DNA of 64,000 nucleotides. It comes from an uncultured Phycisphaerales bacterium (GTDB lineage Bacteria; Planctomycetota; Phycisphaerae; Sedimentisphaerales; Anaerobacaceae). The notes under the pieces were generated by a model that searched no databases, was not told where the DNA came from, and saw only the letters and a list, made by a program, of their open reading frames with translations. The first letter of the stretch is position 1. Each line of letters begins with the position of its first letter. Shown piece by piece: positions 43,060 to 53,504 of the stretch. Where the stretch lies: assembly GCA_963772725.1 (NCBI GenBank), contig CAVYYI010000002.1, forward strand, positions 96,001 through 160,000, in the 5' to 3' direction. The position numbers were made by a program, and so were the translations under genes.

Positions 43060-43820
43060 GTAAAAATGATCTGGATAATCAGCTTGTAAACCTTCTCAAA
43101 GAACTTCACCTGCCGATGTTCCGTGAATATTACGCCGAGTTCGCTCAGAAGGCTATCGCCGAAGATATGGGTTATTCACAATATCTATTGGAATTGGCTC
43201 AGCGTGAGTGTGATGTTCGCAGAGCCAATAAAATCGCAAGGCTGGTAAAAGCCTCAAAGCTTCCTATGGAAAAGACCATGGCAAACTTTGATTTTAAACG
43301 TATGCCGTTGAAGATACGTCAGCAGGTCAAAATTCTTTTGGAAGGTTCATTTGTTGACAGAACAGAGAATATTCTTGCATTTGGCAAACCCGGCAGCGGT
43401 AAGACACATTTACTGTGTGGTATCTGTCATGAACTTGCCCGGCAGGGAAAAAAGGTTTACTTTACTACGTGTGATATGATGTTGCAGGAGTTATTACGAG
43501 CCAAGCAGGAGTTGAAGCTGGACAAATGGCTCAAGAAGCTGTCACAGTACGAGGCATTGATGATAGATGACTTCGGCTATGTCAAACAGAACCGCGAGGA
43601 GATGGAGGTGCTGTTTACCTTATTAGCTCATTGTTATGAACGTGGCAGCGTGTTGATTACCAGCAATCTGCCGTTCAGTAAATGGGAAGTCATCTTTAAG
43701 GATCCGATGACCACTGCAGCAGCGATCGACCGGCTGGTACATCATAGTGTGATCCTTGAATTGAATGTACCGAGCTACCGAGCTGAGGAAGCTCAGAGAC
43801 GGAAAAATAAGGACACGTAA
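43056..43820 (+). CDS. istB: IS21 ATPase IstB
   Basis: Identical protein to copy 1. Confidence 0.97.
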   Translation: MSKNDLDNQLVNLLKELHLPMFREYYAEFAQKAIAEDMGYSQYLLELAQRECDVRRANKIARLVKASKLPMEKTMANFDFKRMPLKIRQQVKILLEGSFVDRTENILAFGKPGSGKTHLLCGICHELARQGKKVYFTTCDMMLQELLRAKQELKLDKWLKKLSQYEALMIDDFGYVKQNREEMEVLFTLLAHCYERGSVLITSNLPFSKWEVIFKDPMTTAAAIDRLVHHSVILELNVPSYRAEEAQRRKNKDT

Positions 43821-44712
43821 TGTCCGAAATTTTGCCCCCCATGGGGGGCACCTCCTAAAGGCTATAAGCTAAGGTAAGTGTTATGAAGTAACGGTAAAAA
43901 TAACTGTCGTTGAAGGGAAATTATAATTGACGCCGGACAGTTACTTTTGTTCCGTGAAATTCGAGCTTCAAATTTCTATCAAAATTCACTCTTAGAGCAT
44001 CCTTTTTGCTTTCACCCATTGGGTTCTCCAAATCAGAACAGTCAAAACTGGTTTGAACAGCATCCATAAGCTCTATACTATCAAATCAATATCAAATGCG
44101 CTACTTTAATATGGGAAATCCGGGATTGATTCTGATGTAAATGACTTTGAGAGTATAAGAAAATATTTTATTCCATAAGGATGCATCCAAATTGAGCTAT
44201 AGAATCAGGCTACGGGACTATTTTGTCATCCATGTGTAAAAAAATGTTGATTATTTTTGCCTGTTGTGAAAAAAACTATTTTAGCTAAAATGGACGGCTA
44301 TTTTACCTATTTTAACACAAAAGCTGCTTTTACGGGCTACCCATTTTGCTATTTTCAGTAAAAATGAAAAATTTTTAAAAAATTCTGATTTTCTTGTCCC
44401 ATTTTTGGCTTTGAAAATCGCCCTTATTCATAAGGGGATAATATGCGCAGATTTTTTAGGTAAAAAAGGTTGCAAAAATATCCAGAATATTTTAGAAATT
44501 TTTATTGACAATATAAAAGCAGTCCGGTATGAATCGTATTCATGCTTTGGAATTTGGAAACATAAATAAATTACAAAGCCGGAGATTTTGCGGAATAATT
44601 GAATAACAACACAAATCTTTTTCAGAACAGGTTGGAAAAATTGTTTGAATTATTCTGGGAATAATAATTAAGCAGATAAACTCCGTTATATGAAAATTTG
44701 GAGGTCAGAATA

Positions 44713-46362
44713 ATGGTTAAGAGTATTGTTTGCATGTTATTGGTATTGTTTTGTTTTACCTGTTTGCCACAAAAATGTTTCGGAGATGCAAGCGACTTAT
44801 TCAACCAGGCGGATTCTTATATAAAGGCCAAGAACTATCAGCAGGCTGAAACTGTTTATAAAAGCATAATTCAACAGTACCCCGGCGCAGATAATGCTTT
44901 AATCGCAAACAGTCAGCTTGCGGTGATGTATATTTCCCAAAGAAGGAATAATGAGATAAGCGCAATAGTTACAGATATGATAGGCGATTTTCCGAATGAA
45001 CCCAATCTGTCGAAAGGACTCTATGTTATAGCAAGGAGATATTCGGGTGCTCAAAATTACGCAGAGGCAAAATGGCTTTATCAGAACATAATTGCCCGCG
45101 ATCCCAACAGCGCATACGCGGTCAAGTCGGCAATAGATGCGGCCAAGATAGATATATTCGTTTCGATTGAAAATAATAATGATATTAAAGCCCAGCCCGC
45201 AATTGATAAATTGGCCGCTGATTTTTCCGGTAAACCCGATGTGGCAGCGGCTTTATATTATATTGCCGAGAAATATGTCAAACGCACTAAATACGAAACA
45301 GCAAAAAGTCTTTACCAGAAGATAATCGAGCAATATCCAAACAGTCAGTATGCCGGTAAGGCTCGGTTCAATATCGCAAGGAATAACGCTATATTGCTGA
45401 TTGAGGCTGGTAAGGATACAGAGGCGGATTCAGCGGTTGACAGATTAGTTGCGGATTTTGCAAGCAATTCAGATTTACCCAAATCTCTTGGGCTGATTGC
45501 AGAGAAATATCTAAAGACATCCAAGTATGTACAGGCTCGAAATGTATATCAGCGGCAGAATCAATTATTTCCCAACAATCCTGCGGTTAACGGAATGGAT
45601 GTTCCCAAGGTAAATATTATGTGCCTGATTGCGGCGGGTACAACTGATGAGGCGGGGACGGCATTTAATAAGCTGCTGACGGACTATGCAGGCAATGCGG
45701 ATTTGCCGGAAGCTGCGTACGAGATAGGCAGAGTTTATGAAAAGAGCCGAAAATACTCCGAAGCGTTAAGCACATACGGGCGGATAATATCTTTATCCGG
45801 TGAAAACAGCATCTATGGCCGAAAGGCACAACTTGGCATAAGCAGGGTTAATATTGCTGCGCTTATAACCAGCGGTCAGGATGATAAGGTTGCTCCGGCT
45901 GTGGATAAGATGATTATAGATTTTACCGGCAATGTAGAATTGCCTTCAGCGATATATGTTGCAGCGGAAACATATTACAGTAAAAGTTACCCCGATATCG
46001 CTGCGCAAAAGGCCGGTCTGACAAAGGCTGTTGCATTGTTTGAGAGGGTGATAAACGGATATCCGTCCCATGGTTTGACACCGCGCGCATTATGCTGTGC
46101 GGGGGATTGCTACGGCAAAATAGACGATTATACCAAGGCGGTTACATATTATCAAAGGGTGGTTAATGATTATTCGAATTACAAACTCGCATGGCATGCA
46201 CTATTTATGGTTGGCCGCAATTATGAGATTATGTTGGAAAAGAAACTTATATCGAGGGCCGAGGCAATAGCAAAGATAAAGCCAGTTTATCAGCAGATTA
46301 TAACGAAGTATCCGACCTGTCAGGGAGCAAAGCATGCTCAAAAATGGCTCGGTTCAAACTGA
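44713..46362 (+). CDS. Exported tetratricopeptide-repeat protein
   Basis: Signal-like N-terminus and repeated A..Y..II..YP TPR units. Confidence 0.88.
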   Translation: MVKSIVCMLLVLFCFTCLPQKCFGDASDLFNQADSYIKAKNYQQAETVYKSIIQQYPGADNALIANSQLAVMYISQRRNNEISAIVTDMIGDFPNEPNLSKGLYVIARRYSGAQNYAEAKWLYQNIIARDPNSAYAVKSAIDAAKIDIFVSIENNNDIKAQPAIDKLAADFSGKPDVAAALYYIAEKYVKRTKYETAKSLYQKIIEQYPNSQYAGKARFNIARNNAILLIEAGKDTEADSAVDRLVADFASNSDLPKSLGLIAEKYLKTSKYVQARNVYQRQNQLFPNNPAVNGMDVPKVNIMCLIAAGTTDEAGTAFNKLLTDYAGNADLPEAAYEIGRVYEKSRKYSEALSTYGRIISLSGENSIYGRKAQLGISRVNIAALITSGQDDKVAPAVDKMIIDFTGNVELPSAIYVAAETYYSKSYPDIAAQKAGLTKAVALFERVINGYPSHGLTPRALCCAGDCYGKIDDYTKAVTYYQRVVNDYSNYKLAWHALFMVGRNYEIMLEKKLISRAEAIAKIKPVYQQIITKYPTCQGAKHAQKWLGSN

Positions 46363-46481
46363 GCGGAGGTCAGTTTGAGAGTTTTGAGTTCGTAGTTCAT
46401 AGTTGGTAGAAAAGAAGTATAGTGTGTAGGAGCGTGGAGTGTAGGGCAAATCAGAGAATTGGAATGAAGGGAGAATATAGA

Positions 46482-49400
46482 ATGGGCGCGAAGAGATTAT
46501 CGATTATAGTTCTGGTTTTCTGCGGACTGGTTATCATAAATCAGGGCTATGCATGTAATTTGGCTCCGACAGCGATATTATCGGCAGAACCTGATATTGT
46601 ACTTGTTGATGAAACAGTAATCCTTGACGGAAGTGATTCTTATGATTCGGATGGTACTATTGTCAAGTATGAATGGGACTTTGATTATGACGGCGATGTT
46701 AACAATTTTATACCAGATTATAACGAAACAAGCAGTAATTACGCAGACGGCACATTTGATGGTATAACGACATATCCGTATGATACGCTGGGGACATATA
46801 CAGTAGCGTTAAGAGTTACTGACGACGGCAACCTTGCTCTTACCGACATATATACCTGCACTATCAATGTAATCGCACCGGTATTTAATCTTACCCAGAG
46901 TAAGGAATACTGTTATATTCAGTCCGCGATTAATGAAGCGAATAATTTCGATGTTATTGAAGTTGATCCTGGAACATATCTGGAGAATATTGATTTTAAT
47001 GGGGTTAACTGTACGGTCAGAAGTACAGAACCCAATAACTGGCTGACAGTAGGTGCTACTATTATTCAAGCCCAAGATGCCAATTTTGCTACGGTTTCAT
47101 TTAGTAATTCCGAAGACGCTAATGCTGTGCTGGCTGGATTTAAAATAACTGGTGGCTTAAGTGGAATTGAATGTAATGATACATCTGCTACAATTAAAAA
47201 CTGCATTATTATGAGCAACGGGCAGTTAAGCGATACAGGTGGCGGTATTTATGGCTGCAATGATGCATCTCCATTAATTACAAACTGTTTTATAGTTGAT
47301 AATGATGCCAATTATGGTGCCGGTATTTACAGTGAAGATTCATCACCTGTTATTCGTAATTGTGTTATAAGCAAAAACTCTGCGGTCTACGATGGTGGAG
47401 GTATTTATGATGTGAATTCCACTGTTGAAATACTCAACTGCACACTTACCGACAACAATGCCGACAATGGAGGGGGGCTGTATTGTATAGGTTCTTTATC
47501 TGATCCCAATATAGTTAGCTGTATATTCTGGGATAATGAGGCAGTTACTGATGGCAATGAAATCTACAATGACGGTGCCGATCCAAACTTTAGGCGTTGC
47601 GATATAAAGGATTCGAACTTAAGTGGTAGCTGGAATACTAGTTTAGGCAACGATGATGGAGGTAACATTGACCAGGATCCGTTGTTTGTGATTACAGAAC
47701 CTGCATATCCAAACCTTGTATCTCGTTGGATGTTAGATGAAACCGAAGGCGCTATAGCACACGATTCAGCAGGTGGTCATAATGGAACCGTTACCGGTGC
47801 CTTATGGGAAACAGGGATATTAAATGGCGGGATAGATCTGGATGGTGATCAGGACTATGTTGACTTTGGTGATATTGATGAGTTCGAATTTGGAGACAGT
47901 AACTTTAGCATTTCTGCCTGGTTTTATAAGAAAGGCACACATAACTGGAATGACAGTGATCCTTCAAATGGTATGATTGTAAGTAAATATAACTGGGGCA
48001 GCAACTCCAGGCAGTGGTATTTGAGCCATAATAGTGATGGCAATTTAGTTTTCTATACAAATCCAACCGGCAGTAGTGATCATGAGAATTTAGTTTCTAC
48101 TTATACATGCAATAGCGGCCAGTGGTTCCATGTGGTGGCAGTCAGGAAAGGCTCAACGAAATCTCTATACATCAACTCGGTTTTTGACGTTAATGGTACT
48201 ACAGAGGGAGTTGTTACTGGCAAAACCGCTCATGTGCTTATCGGCTGCATTCAAGACCCAAGTCACAGGTACCAATTTTTTAATGGTATTATTGATGATG
48301 TACGTATTTACAATAAGGCGTTATCTGCCGATGATATTAACGAAATCTTTGAGTATGGTTTAATCAGCCAGCATAATTACCCTTTGGATTATGGCTTAGT
48401 CGGTCAGTATAATTACCGTTTGGATTACAACTCGCCTTGTGTAAATGCTGGCAATCCTGTTGCTAATGTAGGTAATTTTGATATAACCAATCAGCCAAGG
48501 ATATGTAATGCTCGTGTTGATATTGGGGCTGATGAATACTGCGGCGTTTACAATTCAACTCAGAAAGAATATTACTCCACCATACAATCGGCTATCGATA
48601 GCGCCAGTAACGGCGATGAAATTGTTGTGGCTCAGGGCCACTATTATGAGACGCTCAATTTTGATGGCAAACCAATACATCTTCGCAGTACCGATCCGAA
48701 TGATGATGATGTAGTAGCAGCAACGATAATAGATGCAAATAACGCTTCTCTGGATGTTGTAACGTTCAATACCGGCGAGAGTGTCAGTTCGATACTGGAA
48801 GGAATGACAATAAAAGGCGGAGATGACGGGATATATATATCTTCCGGCAGTTCACCGACAATTACCAAGTGTACAATTACCGGCAATGATAATTACGGGA
48901 TAAGTGTGAGTGCTACTAATTGTTCACCTGTGATTAGCAGATGCAGGATTATAAACAATACCGGTCAGCGCGGTATTGACAGTACAGGTGCTATGACATT
49001 GACCAATTGTGTTATTGCCAATAACAACACTGCCTCTTATGGATATGGTGTTTTTATTAATGGCACTACCGCCAAAAACTCTGTGATTACGAACTGCACT
49101 ATCTATGGTCACAAAAATTATGGCATATTCTGCAACACAACACCCAACTTTGCCAATATCAAGAACTGTATTATCTGGAACAATAGCGATGACTTATACC
49201 AGAGCAACATTACTTACAGTTGCATAGAAGACCAGGATAATGGGACAGGCAATATCCATGCAGAACCACAGTTCATCGATTCAGATGCAAATGATTTTCA
49301 TTTATGGTATTCTTCTCCGGCCATAGATGCGGGCGATCCTAACGATAGTTATTCAAATGAGCCGGCCCCCAATGGAAACAGGATAAATATGGGAGCTTAC

Positions 49401-52400
49401 GGAAATACCGATGAGGCAACCTCAAGTGCTGATACCGATGGAGATGGGATAGCAGACCAGTGGGAGATTGACCATTATCTTGACCCGAATGATGCCAATG
49501 ACGCTATCGCTGACCTGGATGGTGACGGTCTGCGTAACATCGATGAATATTACATAAACTGGGACCCGAACAGTGATGATTCTGGTTCAATATTCGGTCT
49601 TGTTCATAACGAAGCTACTGATATTAATTACCCGACCATATCTTTTGCCATACTGCAGGCAGAGAACAGTCAGGTAATCACAGTGCCAGAGGGTCATTAC
49701 TATGAGACGCTCAATTTTGATGGCAAACCAATACATCTTCGCAGTACCGATCCGAATGATGATGATGTAGTAGCAGCAACGATAATAGATGCAAATAACG
49801 CTTCTCTGGATGTTGTAACGTTCAATACCGGCGAGAGTGTCAGTTCGATACTGGAAGGAATGACAATAAAAGGCGGAGATGACGGGATATATATATCTTC
49901 CGGCAGTTCACCGACAATTACCAAGTGTACAATTACCGGCAATGATAATTACGGGATAAGTGTGAGTGCTACTAATTGTTCACCTGTGATTAGCAGATGC
50001 AGGATTATAAACAATACCGGTCAGCGCGGTATTGACAGTACAGGTGCTATGACATTGACCAATTGTGTTATTGCCAATAACAACACTGCCTCTTATGGAT
50101 ATGGTGTTTTTATTAATGGCACTACCGCCAAAAACTCTGTGATTACGAACTGCACTATCTATGGTCACAAAAATTATGGCATATTCTGCAACACAACACC
50201 CAACTTTGCCAATATCAAGAACTGTATTATCTGGAACAATAGCGATGACTTATACCAGAGCAACATTACTTACAGTTGCATAGAAGACCAGGATAATGGG
50301 ACAGGCAATATCCATGCAGAACCACAGTTCATCGATTCAGATGCAAATGATTTTCATTTATGGTATTCTTCTCCGGCCATAGATGCGGGCGATCCTAACG
50401 ATAGTTATTCAAATGAGCCGGCCCCCAATGGAAACAGGATAAATATGGGAGCTTACGGAAATACCGATGAGGCAACCTCAAGTGCTGATACCGATGGAGA
50501 TGGGATAGCAGACCAGTGGGAGATTGACCATTATCTTGACCCGAATGATGCCAATGACGCTATCGCTGACCTGGATGGTGACGGTCTGCGTAACATCGAT
50601 GAATATTACATAAACTGGGACCCGAACAGTGATGATTCTGGTTCAATATTCGGTCTTGTTCATAACGAAGCTACTGATATTAATTACCCGACCATATCTT
50701 TTGCCATACTGCAGGCAGAGAACAGTCAGGTAATCACAGTGCCAGAGGGTCATTACTATGAGACGCTCAATTTTGATGGCAAACCAATACATCTTCGCAG
50801 TACCGATCCGAATGATGATGATGTAGTAGCAGCAACGATAATAGATGCAAATAACGCTTCTCTGGATGTTGTAACGTTCAATACCGGCGAGAGTGTCAGT
50901 TCGATACTGGAAGGAATGACAATAAAAGGCGGAGATGACGGGATATATATATCTTCCGGCAGTTCACCGACAATTACCAAGTGTACAATTACCGGCAATG
51001 ATAATTACGGGATAAGTGTGAGTGCTACTAATTGTTCACCTGTGATTAGCAGATGCAGGATTATAAACAATACCGGTCAGCGCGGTATTGACAGTACAGG
51101 TGCTATGACATTGACCAATTGTGTTATTGCCAATAACAACACTGCCTCTTATGGATATGGTGTTTTTATTAATGGCACTACCGCCAAAAACTCTGTGATT
51201 ACGAACTGCACTATCTATGGTCACAAAAATTATGGCATATTCTGCAACACAACACCCAACTTTGCCAATATCAAGAACTGTATTATCTGGAACAATAGCG
51301 ATGACTTATACCAGAGCAACATTACTTACAGTTGCATAGAAGACCAGGATAATGGGACAGGCAATATCCATGCAGAACCACAGTTTACTAATGTAGATAA
51401 CAATGTTTTTTATCTTAGGTTGGGGTCTCCGGCGATTGATGCAGGCGACCCTACAAGTGATTTCTCGAAAGAACTTTACGGTGGTGGCGGCAGGATAGAC
51501 ATGGGGGCTTATGGAAATACGCCGTATGCTACAATTGATAGCGATGATGACGGATTACCTGATGGATGGGAGTACACCTATTGGCCTAATGATGATCCGA
51601 ATCAGCATGACCCCAATGATGACTCTGACAGCGATGGTTTCACTAATTACATCGAGTGGCTTTTCGATTATGACCCGACTGAAACGACAGTAATGCCCCT
51701 TGTACTTAACTGGTATGCTGTACCTCCGTATGTTCCATTAGGAACATCTCTCGAGATGGAATACCTGCTGAATAAAACCTCGGATGTGACAACCACATTT
51801 CGGAAGTCTTCCGGTTCAATAGTACGCCAATTTACACAACAATTACAGGCGGGCCTTACCTATGCAGATTGGGATCTCCTCGACAGCAACGGAGTAGCTG
51901 TGCCGGCAGATTGTTATAACATTATAGTAACCGCTGTTTATGTTTCAGACCCCAATGAGACGGCGACATTCAGCACTGTTGGCGGAAGTAATACATATCC
52001 ACAAATTACCAATTTTGTTGTTGATAACACCGATTTTGACCCATATAAAAATATATCGGCAACAATTGATTTTGATTTATCGGGAAACGGGAAAGTGTTT
52101 TTGGAAATTCAATTTAATAATATCTCACCTGATCCCCCAAACCGTGTGTTATTAAATAATGAACTGCTCCCCACAGGAAATTATACTTATTATTGGGATG
52201 GCAGAGACGGCAACGGCAATATTCCTGCGGGAGGAGATTGGGCTGTATATTATAGCGTTCCAGTTCCCGTCAATTCTTTAGGCGTGGTTGTATATCGTGA
52301 CCCGCCGCGTATAACAGAATTACGGTGTAACCAGTACCTTATAGTGCCGACATATCGTGAAGTTTCCAAAATAAGCTATACTTTATCAAAAAATGCCGAG

Positions 52401-52622
52401 GTTACTATAATAATAAACGATCCGGACGGCAATTATTTCAAGATGCTGCTTGAGCAAAGTGATGAATCTGCCGGTTCGCATGAGGTAATCTGGAATGGCA
52501 CGGATGATGACGGGAAATTTATTTCAACAGAAGGCGTATATGATGTGGAAATCACAACTGTTGACCCCAATAACTCGGATGTCAGTTCTGTAACCATAGG
52601 AACCATATCAGCATACAGGTAA
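46482..52622 (+). CDS. Large exported protein: PKD, parallel beta-helix, LamG, Ca-binding DxDxDG motifs, FlgD-like Ig domains
   Basis: Signal peptide, LDGSDSYDSDG..YEWDF, NC.I..N repeats, IDDVRIYNKALS, WDGRD and WNGTD. Confidence 0.88.
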   Translation: MGAKRLSIIVLVFCGLVIINQGYACNLAPTAILSAEPDIVLVDETVILDGSDSYDSDGTIVKYEWDFDYDGDVNNFIPDYNETSSNYADGTFDGITTYPYDTLGTYTVALRVTDDGNLALTDIYTCTINVIAPVFNLTQSKEYCYIQSAINEANNFDVIEVDPGTYLENIDFNGVNCTVRSTEPNNWLTVGATIIQAQDANFATVSFSNSEDANAVLAGFKITGGLSGIECNDTSATIKNCIIMSNGQLSDTGGGIYGCNDASPLITNCFIVDNDANYGAGIYSEDSSPVIRNCVISKNSAVYDGGGIYDVNSTVEILNCTLTDNNADNGGGLYCIGSLSDPNIVSCIFWDNEAVTDGNEIYNDGADPNFRRCDIKDSNLSGSWNTSLGNDDGGNIDQDPLFVITEPAYPNLVSRWMLDETEGAIAHDSAGGHNGTVTGALWETGILNGGIDLDGDQDYVDFGDIDEFEFGDSNFSISAWFYKKGTHNWNDSDPSNGMIVSKYNWGSNSRQWYLSHNSDGNLVFYTNPTGSSDHENLVSTYTCNSGQWFHVVAVRKGSTKSLYINSVFDVNGTTEGVVTGKTAHVLIGCIQDPSHRYQFFNGIIDDVRIYNKALSADDINEIFEYGLISQHNYPLDYGLVGQYNYRLDYNSPCVNAGNPVANVGNFDITNQPRICNARVDIGADEYCGVYNSTQKEYYSTIQSAIDSASNGDEIVVAQGHYYETLNFDGKPIHLRSTDPNDDDVVAATIIDANNASLDVVTFNTGESVSSILEGMTIKGGDDGIYISSGSSPTITKCTITGNDNYGISVSATNCSPVISRCRIINNTGQRGIDSTGAMTLTNCVIANNNTASYGYGVFINGTTAKNSVITNCTIYGHKNYGIFCNTTPNFANIKNCIIWNNSDDLYQSNITYSCIEDQDNGTGNIHAEPQFIDSDANDFHLWYSSPAIDAGDPNDSYSNEPAPNGNRINMGAYGNTDEATSSADTDGDGIADQWEIDHYLDPNDANDAIADLDGDGLRNIDEYYINWDPNSDDSGSIFGLVHNEATDINYPTISFAILQAENSQVITVPEGHYYETLNFDGKPIHLRSTDPNDDDVVAATIIDANNASLDVVTFNTGESVSSILEGMTIKGGDDGIYISSGSSPTITKCTITGNDNYGISVSATNCSPVISRCRIINNTGQRGIDSTGAMTLTNCVIANNNTASYGYGVFINGTTAKNSVITNCTIYGHKNYGIFCNTTPNFANIKNCIIWNNSDDLYQSNITYSCIEDQDNGTGNIHAEPQFIDSDANDFHLWYSSPAIDAGDPNDSYSNEPAPNGNRINMGAYGNTDEATSSADTDGDGIADQWEIDHYLDPNDANDAIADLDGDGLRNIDEYYINWDPNSDDSGSIFGLVHNEATDINYPTISFAILQAENSQVITVPEGHYYETLNFDGKPIHLRSTDPNDDDVVAATIIDANNASLDVVTFNTGESVSSILEGMTIKGGDDGIYISSGSSPTITKCTITGNDNYGISVSATNCSPVISRCRIINNTGQRGIDSTGAMTLTNCVIANNNTASYGYGVFINGTTAKNSVITNCTIYGHKNYGIFCNTTPNFANIKNCIIWNNSDDLYQSNITYSCIEDQDNGTGNIHAEPQFTNVDNNVFYLRLGSPAIDAGDPTSDFSKELYGGGGRIDMGAYGNTPYATIDSDDDGLPDGWEYTYWPNDDPNQHDPNDDSDSDGFTNYIEWLFDYDPTETTVMPLVLNWYAVPPYVPLGTSLEMEYLLNKTSDVTTTFRKSSGSIVRQFTQQLQAGLTYADWDLLDSNGVAVPADCYNIIVTAVYVSDPNETATFSTVGGSNTYPQITNFVVDNTDFDPYKNISATIDFDLSGNGKVFLEIQFNNISPDPPNRVLLNNELLPTGNYTYYWDGRDGNGNIPAGGDWAVYYSVPVPVNSLGVVVYRDPPRITELRCNQYLIVPTYREVSKISYTLSKNAEVTIIINDPDGNYFKMLLEQSDESAGSHEVIWNGTDDDGKFISTEGVYDVEITTVDPNNSDVSSVTIGTISAYR
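48645..51384 (+). repeat. Intragenic tandem repeat, 1056-bp unit, about 2.6 copies
   Basis: Identical shadow ORFs recur at a 1056-bp period (48644/49700/50756). The protein copies are identical. Confidence 0.95.
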
Positions 52623-52633
52623 GGAATTGAATA

Positions 52634-53503
52634 TTGAATAAAGTAGTAAAAATTTCTGTTATATTATTAACTTTATATTTAGCAGGATGTCAGGCAAAAC
52701 ATTCGAATAATCTTATTGCATTCTCAAGATTAACCGGAGATTACTGGCAGATATGGACGATGCAGCCTGACGGCGGTAAAGCTGTGCAATTAACAAAATC
52801 GGAATCTGATAAAAGATACCCTATCTGGACATCTAATGGTAAAGAAATTTTGTTTAGGGACAATAACAACAGGGCATATATGGTAAATTTAGCAACGGTA
52901 AAGGAAGAAAAGATTTTAAAATCCTTTGGTTATATCGGTAGTCTTGTTCCCTCGCCGGATGATAAGCAAATATTATTTGTGCGTTTTCAGGCGGAACTCC
53001 GGGATAATAGCAATCTTTGGATAGCATCAAAAGATGGGCAAAATCAAAGAATTCTGACTCGCGATGCCGGCTTACAATACGATGCTGCATGGTCTCCGGA
53101 TGGTAAAGAAATTGCATACATTTCCGGGCAGGGTTATCAAAAACATAACCTTTTCCTTATAAGTTCAAGCGGGAGCAATAAACGGCAGTTAACCAATGAC
53201 AAGGCAATGGAGTTATTACCAGCCATTTCACCTGAAGGCAAAAACATAGCTTATGTCTCAGATATCACTGGAAATTTTGACATCTGGCTTATGGAATTAG
53301 ACGGACAAAATCCCAGACAGCTAACTGTTTACGAAGGAATTGATACCCGTCCCTGCTGGTCGCCGGACGGCAAAAGAATTATGTTTGTCTCCGATCGCAG
53401 CGGAAGTCAACAAATCTGGATTATGAATAGTGATGGAAGTAATCCTAAACAATTGACTCGATTAGCTCCAAGTATGGATCCAACGTGGCTAAGGAAAAAT
53501 TAA
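52634..53503 (+). CDS. TolB-like beta-propeller lipoprotein
   Basis: Lipobox LAGC and repeated WSPDGK.I.F.S. Confidence 0.88.
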   Translation: MNKVVKISVILLTLYLAGCQAKHSNNLIAFSRLTGDYWQIWTMQPDGGKAVQLTKSESDKRYPIWTSNGKEILFRDNNNRAYMVNLATVKEEKILKSFGYIGSLVPSPDDKQILFVRFQAELRDNSNLWIASKDGQNQRILTRDAGLQYDAAWSPDGKEIAYISGQGYQKHNLFLISSSGSNKRQLTNDKAMELLPAISPEGKNIAYVSDITGNFDIWLMELDGQNPRQLTVYEGIDTRPCWSPDGKRIMFVSDRSGSQQIWIMNSDGSNPKQLTRLAPSMDPTWLRKN

Positions 53504-53504
53504 A

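Larger units (their letters stand above)
41469..43939 (+). mobile_element. IS21-family element, copy 2
   Basis: Near-identical to copy 1, opposite orientation, TSD GTTACT. Confidence 0.97.
40194..44019 (-). pseudogene. IS1380 transposase, interrupted by IS21 and with two +1 frameshifts (near 40652 and 40461)
   Basis: GYEDTND, LDMDS, RGDAAF, YNKRGTAEQWIKEGK, AYNLGN across fragments. Confidence 0.9.
39963..44124 (-). mobile_element. IS1380-family element with nested IS21
   Basis: IRs CCGGGATTTCCCAT / ATGGGAAATCCGGG, 5-bp TSD ATTGA. Transposase runs from ATG 44019 (MGESKK..VTSDAGLL) to 40194. Confidence 0.93.

Noticed and set aside
48644..51224. Repeated minus-strand ORFs in the adhesin gene
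   Set aside because: They are antisense shadows of the tandem repeat.
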